A model generated the notes under the pieces. It was given only the letters and a program-made list of their open reading frames with translations, made no database searches and was not told the DNA's origin. From the IMG/VR virus record IMGVR_UViG_3300036783_000038, positions 1-51,904 of that record: a DNA stretch of 51,904 nt; one strand, written 5' to 3'. This document shows positions 46,373 to 51,904 of the stretch, in pieces. The position numbers and the translations under genes are program-made. This DNA is from a virus. Its lineage: Duplodnaviria > Caudoviricetes. Numbering within the stretch: the first letter of the stretch is position 1; each line of letters begins with the position of its first letter.

Positions 46373-47433
46373 CGCCAGTCGCCTACTACAACGAGATAGA
46401 CCCATTCGCGGCGCAGTGGCTGCGCAACCTGATCGCCGCCGGGCATATCGTCCCGGGCGAAGTTGACGAACGGAGTATTGAAGATGTCACACCTGACGAC
46501 CTCAGAGGATTTACCCAGTGCCACTTTTTCGCCGGTATCGGCGTCTGGTCCCATTCCCTCCGCCTCGCCGGATGGCCTGACGATCGCCCGGTCTGGACTG
46601 GTTCCTGCCCTTGCCAGCCTTTCAGCGCGGCAGGCAAAGGAGATGGGTTTGCTGACGAGCGGCACCTTTGGCCCCACTTCTTCCATCTCATCAGCGAGCG
46701 CAGACCTCAGCATGTATTTGGCGAACAGGTTGCAAGCGGTAACGCAAACACATGGTTCGACCTTGTACAAGCAGACCTGGAAGGAGTGGGATACGCCTTC
46801 GGGCTTGTGCCGTTTACGTCAGCGGGCATCGGTGCGCCGCACATCAGAGAACGGGCCTACTGGGTGGCCGACGCCAACCACGATCGACAACAACCAGGTC
46901 AGGGGGCTGGGTGCCGCTGCCAATGCGCCGAACAGGGGATCGACATTGGGAGGGGCGGCCAGAATGGCGGGTTGGGTAACTCCAACGTCGCGCGACTGGA
47001 AAGACTCGTCGGGAATGACAGCACTGCGGAACGGGAAGGAGCGACTGGACCAGCTGCCGCGCCAGGCTTTCACGACGGGATGGCCAACTCCTCAAGTGAG
47101 CAATATCACCAATGCAACGACAGTCCAGATGAGCGGGGATGGTCGAGAAACTCCGAACAAAATCGGCTGGGCGGCGAGCTTATGCGGCCCCTTGAGGTTA
47201 ACGGTTTTTGGCGAGATGCGGACTGGCTCTTATGTCGAGATGGCAAATGGCGTCCAGTTGAACCCGGCACATTCCCGTTGGTTGATGGGGCTGCCGCACG
47301 AATGGGACGAGTCGAGCCCGGGGTGGCAAGAGTGGCAAGCAGCAACCGCGTCGGCCGCCTGAAAGGGTACGGCAATGCCATAAATGCCCAGGCTGCAGCG
47401 GCTTTCATTCGCGCTTATATGGAGGTCGCATGA
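46369..47433 (+). CDS. C5 DNA methyltransferase, alpha subunit (EcoHK31I-like; no motif IX)
   Basis: FFAGIG, GSCPCQPFS, GEQV, HIRERAYW and LKGYGNAI are present. No RxLxPxExxRLxGxP in this frame. Confidence 0.85.
   Translation: MTPVAYYNEIDPFAAQWLRNLIAAGHIVPGEVDERSIEDVTPDDLRGFTQCHFFAGIGVWSHSLRLAGWPDDRPVWTGSCPCQPFSAAGKGDGFADERHLWPHFFHLISERRPQHVFGEQVASGNANTWFDLVQADLEGVGYAFGLVPFTSAGIGAPHIRERAYWVADANHDRQQPGQGAGCRCQCAEQGIDIGRGGQNGGLGNSNVARLERLVGNDSTAEREGATGPAAAPGFHDGMANSSSEQYHQCNDSPDERGWSRNSEQNRLGGELMRPLEVNGFWRDADWLLCRDGKWRPVEPGTFPLVDGAAARMGRVEPGVARVASSNRVGRLKGYGNAINAQAAAAFIRAYMEVA
46484..47362 (+). CDS. C5 methyltransferase beta subunit overprinted in the +1 frame
   Basis: GGAG 8 nt before ATG 46484 (the ORF extends to TTG 46463). 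Carries motif IX-like QLNPAHSRWLMGLPHEW and three GW(P/V)TP repeats. Confidence 0.8.
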   Translation: MSHLTTSEDLPSATFSPVSASGPIPSASPDGLTIARSGLVPALASLSARQAKEMGLLTSGTFGPTSSISSASADLSMYLANRLQAVTQTHGSTLYKQTWKEWDTPSGLCRLRQRASVRRTSENGPTGWPTPTTIDNNQVRGLGAAANAPNRGSTLGGAARMAGWVTPTSRDWKDSSGMTALRNGKERLDQLPRQAFTTGWPTPQVSNITNATTVQMSGDGRETPNKIGWAASLCGPLRLTVFGEMRTGSYVEMANGVQLNPAHSRWLMGLPHEWDESSPGWQEWQAATASAA

Positions 47434-47455
47434 ACAAAAGGTATGGAGTGGAATC

Positions 47456-47800
47456 ATGAGCAAGTCATTAAACGCACGTTGTATTCGTCGCTGGGAAGTG
47501 GAATTCAAACCTTTCTGTGATTCAAAAGTTAACCCCTACTGGCGCAAGCGTGACCTGCGCGGGTATATCCGCGACGCTGCGCTCACCACCGCTTACAGCA
47601 TGGTTGAGAGCATGGCTGAACGTAACGCCAAAGTTGACTTTGACGGCTCCCTACAAGGCTGGACTCCTGAGTTTTCGGCCTGGTATCGGGAACGCCATGA
47701 GCAATACCTGAAAGAAGCGCGGGACTACCTGAATGAAGAAGCCACCAACGACGAGATTGACGAAGTAATAGAGAATGAACTGGAGGCATGGAATGACTGA
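47456..47800 (+). CDS. Hypothetical phage protein
   Basis: GGAG RBS before MSKSLNARCIRRW. Confidence 0.65.
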   Translation: MSKSLNARCIRRWEVEFKPFCDSKVNPYWRKRDLRGYIRDAALTTAYSMVESMAERNAKVDFDGSLQGWTPEFSAWYRERHEQYLKEARDYLNEEATNDEIDEVIENELEAWND

Positions 47801-48404
47801 TATCGCCACATTCACTAATGAACAATTAATCGCCGTGTGCCGTGCTGATGTGGCGGAAATGTCTAAGTTTTTAAAAGAGGGTGAATTCAGCAATCCGTCC
47901 CGCGCGGCCCTGTATTTGCGTATTACTGAAATCGCACTGGCAGCGCTGATGGCTGAGTCCGCGTTTGATCGCGATCAGGTTCGCCGCGAACACGCTGACT
48001 GGTCACAGGCCACCTTCGGCAATGTTGGTCCTGTTGGCCCACTGAAACACCTCAGCAAAGAGGCAATGGAAGCCGCTGCCGAACCCGGCGACCTCTCCGA
48101 GTGGGCCGACATGCAATTCCTTCTATGGGATGCCCAGCGCAGAGCGGGAATCACTGACCAGCAGATTACCCAAGCAATGATTGAAAAGCTGGCGGTGAAT
48201 AAAGCGCGCCAGTGGCCCGAGCCAAAGGACGGGGAACCTCGGATGCATTTTCGAAGCGAAGAGGAATCACTCAACGCAAGGCGCCGCCGTAATCGTGAAT
48301 CTAATGCGCGCGCTCGCGAACGTGAAACGCCAACACAACGCAAAGCTAGACTGGCGAAAAACAGATCGAGAATGGCTCTTCGTCGCAAGGGAGGTGCCAA
48401 ATGA
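47793..48404 (+). CDS. DUF550 dATP/dGTP pyrophosphohydrolase-domain protein with basic C-tail
   Basis: HADWSQATFGNVGPVGPLKHLSKE...EWADMQFLLWDAQRRAG...KLAVNKARQWP. Confidence 0.8.
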   Translation: MTDIATFTNEQLIAVCRADVAEMSKFLKEGEFSNPSRAALYLRITEIALAALMAESAFDRDQVRREHADWSQATFGNVGPVGPLKHLSKEAMEAAAEPGDLSEWADMQFLLWDAQRRAGITDQQITQAMIEKLAVNKARQWPEPKDGEPRMHFRSEEESLNARRRRNRESNARARERETPTQRKARLAKNRSRMALRRKGGAK

Positions 48405-48709
48405 GCCTAAAACACCGCCTGCCAGACCTGGAAGCCAGCATTGATCCTGCTGCTTTGCGCGCAGCAGCTGATGAGTATTCCGATCTGCTGCTGACGCTGT
48501 GCCTTTGCATGAAGATGACCGGCCCCACCCGGACGAATGTACGCGCCTGCGCCACTGAACTGAAAAAGCGTCTGACTACCTGGCATAGTCAGAAAGAACT
48601 CAACGCCATTCTGTCCAGTTGGGATCCGGTTGGTTACGTGCTTGGGCTCCGCCGAGAAGCGAATGATAACGCTCGCGCTGCCGGCGACCCCGTTGACGTC
48701 TTTGTGTGA
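48401..48709 (+). CDS. Hypothetical phage protein
   Basis: GGAGG RBS, ATGA coupling. Confidence 0.6.
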   Translation: MSLKHRLPDLEASIDPAALRAAADEYSDLLLTLCLCMKMTGPTRTNVRACATELKKRLTTWHSQKELNAILSSWDPVGYVLGLRREANDNARAAGDPVDVFV

Positions 48710-48716
48710 GGTTAGC

Positions 48717-48956
48717 ATGCGACTAATAAACCGAAGCAAACAATCTCCGCTGGGGCGTCAGGCATGCTATGCGGCACTGGCGAAGCATTTTGAGCGTTAT
48801 GGGAATTATGGACACTGCGAAAGAAAAGTGACTTACACCGTAGAAGTTGAAGGAGTGAAAGTCTGGGTTGAGGTAGTCAATCGCCATAAAAGTTACGTCG
48901 CCACAGCGATGACAGGAATGCGCAGACTGAGAAGTCTCCCGGGCCAGACTGACTGA
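48717..48956 (+). CDS. DUF4060-like protein
   Basis: MRLINRS...SYVATAMTGMRRLR. Confidence 0.6.
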   Translation: MRLINRSKQSPLGRQACYAALAKHFERYGNYGHCERKVTYTVEVEGVKVWVEVVNRHKSYVATAMTGMRRLRSLPGQTD

Positions 48957-48981
48957 TTAGAGATGGCCCTGTAAAGGGCCA

Positions 48982-49272
48982 GTGGAGGAAATGATGGGCA
49001 ACGAACTCGAATTAATGAAAACTCGCGATATTTGCGAACAACTGAGCATCACACCGCGGACACTCGATCGCTACCGGAAGCGAAAGAAAAATGATAATCC
49101 ATTCCCTGCACCGGACTGCTCCTATATGGGCGGTCCAAATAAGTGGCTAAAGAGCAAGGTCACCGAGTGGCAGGAAAAAGAGATGCGACGCAGAACGCGC
49201 CGCCCTATGTCACACCTCAACGATCTGGTAAGGGATGTAAAGGGGCGCCTTACCCGGCATGCCTCGGCGTGA
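48982..49272 (+). CDS. xis: Excisionase-like HTH protein
   Basis: LMKTRDICEQLSITPRTLDRYR...PFPAP...NKWLKSKV; convergent with int. Confidence 0.75.
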   Translation: MEEMMGNELELMKTRDICEQLSITPRTLDRYRKRKKNDNPFPAPDCSYMGGPNKWLKSKVTEWQEKEMRRRTRRPMSHLNDLVRDVKGRLTRHASA

Positions 49273-50479
49273 ACTCCAGCACATCGGGCTCGATGATGCT
49301 CATCAGTCGAGCCCACCATCTGCTATAGGCATCACGCATTTCTTCGATATAAGTATGCTTGTCATAGACTGACCAGACGCCGGGCAATTTATGCCCCAGC
49401 ATGATTTCTGCAATATGCGGCTGCGTCAGCTCTGAAAAGTTAGTTCTCGCCGTTCTGCGCAGATCGTGAACGGTAAAGTGAGGGACCTGCTCACTATATG
49501 ACTTCAGCATAAACTTAACCAGGTTGCTGCTGATACTTAAGTGGAAACCTTCACTCATCGGCTTATCCTCGTACCTTGAGAAGACATACTGACCGGGTGC
49601 CAGTTCAATGGCCCTTTTTAGCAATGGTAACATTTCTGGGATGATCGGCCTTATCAGCGGCTTTTTGGTCTTGCGGCCAGTCTTGTGGTTTTCCCATGGC
49701 ACTGTCCAGACACCTTCCTCAAAGTCAAAGTGCTGAACTTCTGCTAAACGGATCTCCCCAACCCTGCAAGCCCAAACCAGGCATAGCTTGTACATTATCT
49801 TGTTTCTTTCCATGAGGCGCGAATCTTCAATGGCACGCCAGACAATGGCCAGTTCTTTGCGATTAAGCGTCCGCTCCCCCATCTTTTTCTGAATGCCAAA
49901 GTCGCGCCCGGAAAGCTCTGACAGTGGGTTATTTTCCAGTAACTGGCGCTTAACTGCCCAAGAGTAGCACTGCCGGCCGTTACTGATCACCCGCTTCGTT
50001 ATTTCTGTGTAACCTTCGGCGAGTCGGTCCAGAACGGTTAGCCAATTATGTAACGTGAGTTGGTTAGCCGGGTACTTCCCGAGCTTTGGGAATACATGAA
50101 GTTCGAAAGTTCTGAGGATCTGGTCAGCTGTTTCCTTTTGAATACAGACCATCTCGTGCCATTCACGAAATAATTCTTCAAACGTGTGCTGACTGTTTAT
50201 TTTTGCTTTGTCCAGACTCTGGCGGATTCGGGGATTCTCACCCCGAGCAAGGATAGCCGACCATTTAACGACCTCATCACGAGCGGCCTTTAGCCCAAAC
50301 TCAGGGTAACTACCGATTGTCATCTTGTCCTGCTTACCAAGAAAACGGTAACGGTAAAAAAAGGTCACCGCCCCCTTCCGGGATATGCGAACCCATAGGC
50401 CATCGCGATCTGATTTCTCTTCGACCTTCTCTCTTTCACGCCCGAGGCAAGACTTTAGATAACTATCTGAAATAGCCAT
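49250..50479 (-). CDS. int: Tyrosine integrase (arm-binding N-domain)
   Basis: DRDGLWVR..IGSYP N-domain; catalytic R (CRVGE), HDLRRT, LGH and Y. Start MAISDSYLK. Confidence 0.95.
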   Translation of the reverse strand: MAISDSYLKSCLGREREKVEEKSDRDGLWVRISRKGAVTFFYRYRFLGKQDKMTIGSYPEFGLKAARDEVVKWSAILARGENPRIRQSLDKAKINSQHTFEELFREWHEMVCIQKETADQILRTFELHVFPKLGKYPANQLTLHNWLTVLDRLAEGYTEITKRVISNGRQCYSWAVKRQLLENNPLSELSGRDFGIQKKMGERTLNRKELAIVWRAIEDSRLMERNKIMYKLCLVWACRVGEIRLAEVQHFDFEEGVWTVPWENHKTGRKTKKPLIRPIIPEMLPLLKRAIELAPGQYVFSRYEDKPMSEGFHLSISSNLVKFMLKSYSEQVPHFTVHDLRRTARTNFSELTQPHIAEIMLGHKLPGVWSVYDKHTYIEEMRDAYSRWWARLMSIIEPDVLEFTPRHAG

Positions 50480-50494
50480 AGAAAATAATCCACC

Positions 50495-50554
50495 ATGTCC
50501 ATCAAAAATGTTGTGATCGTGTCCATCATAGTTCATGGACGCGGCTATGGACAC
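50495..50554. promoter_or_regulatory. Putative integrase arm-type sites
   Basis: atgtccat 50495 and gtgtccat 50519 (inverted copies); atggacgc 50535 and atggacac 50547. Confidence 0.65.
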
Positions 50555-50585
50555 AAAAAGAGTGGCTTACGTTGTCTTAGGTTGT

Positions 50586-50601
50586 CTGTATATGTAAACA
50601 G
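50586..50601. promoter_or_regulatory. LexA (SOS) box upstream of int
   Basis: CTGTATATGTAAACAG. Confidence 0.75.
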
Positions 50602-50683
50602 TAGTTTTTCAGAGAAGGTTGATTCTGGCGGGCCTTGAGCGGGTAATTGTCTAAGGTTGGCTTAAGGTGTCATGGTATCAATT

Positions 50684-50727
50684 ATCGATGTGAGCGATGA
50701 TGGAAAAGTTACGTATATTCTTCATAT
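50684..50727. repeat. att site (right junction) holding the original lepA start
   Basis: Minus strand ATG AAG AAT ATA CGT AAC TTT TCC ATC ATC GCT CAC ATC GAT then AAT TGA. Confidence 0.95.
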
Positions 50728-50803
50728 TTAGAGTTAATTATGCCTTACGCGAATCATGAGGCCGCTGTTCTGTGCCTGACGTTTTTTAATCCGAAAACGC
50801 CGC

Positions 50804-50832
50804 ATTCTACACTACATCCACGAAACCAGGAA
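50804..50832 (-). promoter_or_regulatory. Probable native lepA promoter, now pointing into the prophage
   Basis: TTCCTG-17-TAGAAT about 80 nt upstream of the displaced lepA ATG. Confidence 0.55.
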
Positions 50833-50910
50833 ATGCTCTTACTGTTAGCATAACCGGAGTAAATGACGAGTTCTTGCAGGAGTGGTAAATAAAGATAAGG
50901 GTCAGTGAAA

Positions 50911-51390
50911 TCACTGCCCCAATTGTGAGGAAGTCGTCTCGATGCGGACTAAATCTGGCGGCAAACCGACGCTAATAATAACTGGCTGCCACGACTGCCG
51001 TGAGGCTAATCCAGGCGAAAGACCGCGAGCCACCAGAAACCCGCCAGCGCCGCCCAGTATAGCCCCGCACAACGAAGCGAAGTCGTTGGCAAACAGCACC
51101 TGGAATATCGATGCCATCACGAACAATCCGACTAACGGTGCCATATAGACTAATACTGCCGACCCAAGCAGGCTGCTCTCGGCAATGCCCAGTTCTACTT
51201 TTTGCCCGACCGACAACGGCTGCTCGCAGGGAACGCTAATGGTATGGCTGGTTTGCGGCCCAAGCTTATTCAGTACCCGGCTTCCACAACCGACGCGGGA
51301 AGCGCAGCTGCTGCAGGATGCTTTAACATCACAGCGCACCAGCGCAACGCCATTAACCCAGGAAACGACCGTCGCCCACTCTTTAATCAT
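50911..51390 (-). CDS. rseC: SoxR-reducing system protein RseC
   Basis: MIKEWATVVSW, CSSCASRVGCGS and two TM segments. Confidence 0.95.
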   Translation of the reverse strand: MIKEWATVVSWVNGVALVRCDVKASCSSCASRVGCGSRVLNKLGPQTSHTISVPCEQPLSVGQKVELGIAESSLLGSAVLVYMAPLVGLFVMASIFQVLFANDFASLCGAILGGAGGFLVARGLSPGLASRQSWQPVIISVGLPPDLVRIETTSSQLGQ

Positions 51391-51904
51391 TGTACAGCCC
51401 TGAATTTAATACTGTCGGAAACACGCTTGGCCGTTTGCGGAGGCAGCTCACCTACAATGGTTATCTCTGCGTTATCGCGCACGGTAGTCGCTACGGTACG
51501 ACGCCCGGTACGCAGTAGCTGATCGCTGCTATTTGCCGTGGCGCGATTGATATTGATAGAGAAACTAAACAGCCCATCGGAATACAAACGGGACTCGACC
51601 GGGCCATCGAAAGTAGGTAGACGACGCTGGCTGCTGGACACTTCGACAACGCCCTGCGGCAGCCAGGTTGGTGACCAGTTAAAGTTAGCCTTATTGCCCC
51701 CCTCTGGAACCGACAACTGCGGAGGTAGGTTGGCCTTAGACAGGGTTTCCATACTGGCGCTAACGTTATTGCCAACATTGAACGCAACAACCCGGAACTG
51801 CTCAAGCGTTTCGCCATCTCGATCAAGCAGATCAACGCGCAGAGGCAGCTTAGTTTCAGCATCTAACCATGCGATATAGCTATAGCGGGTACCATCGCGA
51901 GCCA
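51387..51904 (-). CDS. rseB: Sigma-E regulator RseB (5'-truncated by the window edge)
   Basis: ESRLYSDGLFSFSIN...EITIVGELPPQTAKR, upstream of rseC. Confidence 0.95.
   Translation of the reverse strand, partial: ARDGTRYSYIAWLDAETKLPLRVDLLDRDGETLEQFRVVAFNVGNNVSASMETLSKANLPPQLSVPEGGNKANFNWSPTWLPQGVVEVSSSQRRLPTFDGPVESRLYSDGLFSFSININRATANSSDQLLRTGRRTVATTVRDNAEITIVGELPPQTAKRVSDSIKFRAVQ

Larger units (their letters stand above)
1629..50727. mobile_element. Lambdoid siphovirus prophage integrated in the 5' end of lepA, apparently intact
   Basis: Flanked by a 44-bp direct repeat, with a tyrosine integrase at the right end and complete immunity, replication, lysis, head and tail modules. Confidence 0.97.

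Noticed and set aside
44381-47433. Restriction-modification system
   Set aside because: No adjacent endonuclease recognised; the genes lie in the phage early operon and look like orphan MTases.
47793-48404. Z-genome (2-aminoadenine) pathway suggested by DUF550
   Set aside because: No PurZ, DatZ or dedicated polymerase in the prophage.
50480-50554. N-terminal extension of integrase in the ORF track
   Set aside because: It overlaps the arm-type repeats; MAISDSYLK at 50479 is the more plausible start.

Overview
Enterobacteriaceae chromosome (rseB-rseC-lepA, minus strand) interrupted by an apparently complete ~49.1 kb lambdoid siphovirus prophage (1629-50727). It is integrated into the first codons of lepA, the locus also used by Salmonella Gifsy-1. 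The phage rebuilds the lepA 5' end with one synonymous Arg codon change and appears to supply a replacement promoter. All core modules are present: int/xis, early-left genes (Erf, methyltransferases), cI/cro/cII, replication (O-like plus DnaC-like), nin/Q, lysis, head and tail. Main highlights: (1) two adjacent C5 DNA methyltransferase genes that each carry a +1-frame overprinted ORF. One is an M.EcoHK31I-style split enzyme whose hidden subunit supplies motif IX and three exact 108-bp cassettes; the other is a C5 MTase with multiple TRD-like units, fused to a phage Dam. (2) A peptidase-less repressor and three LexA boxes, one in front of int. (3) An arc/mnt/Bro-N/ORF6N/Rha cluster whose antirepressor-family genes carry internal DNA dyads. 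(4) A P63C gene in the rex/bstA slot. (5) A 30-unit pentapeptide repeat gene. (6) A tail spike with four tandem modules and an SGNH esterase. All calls come from reading motifs by eye; no database searches were run.
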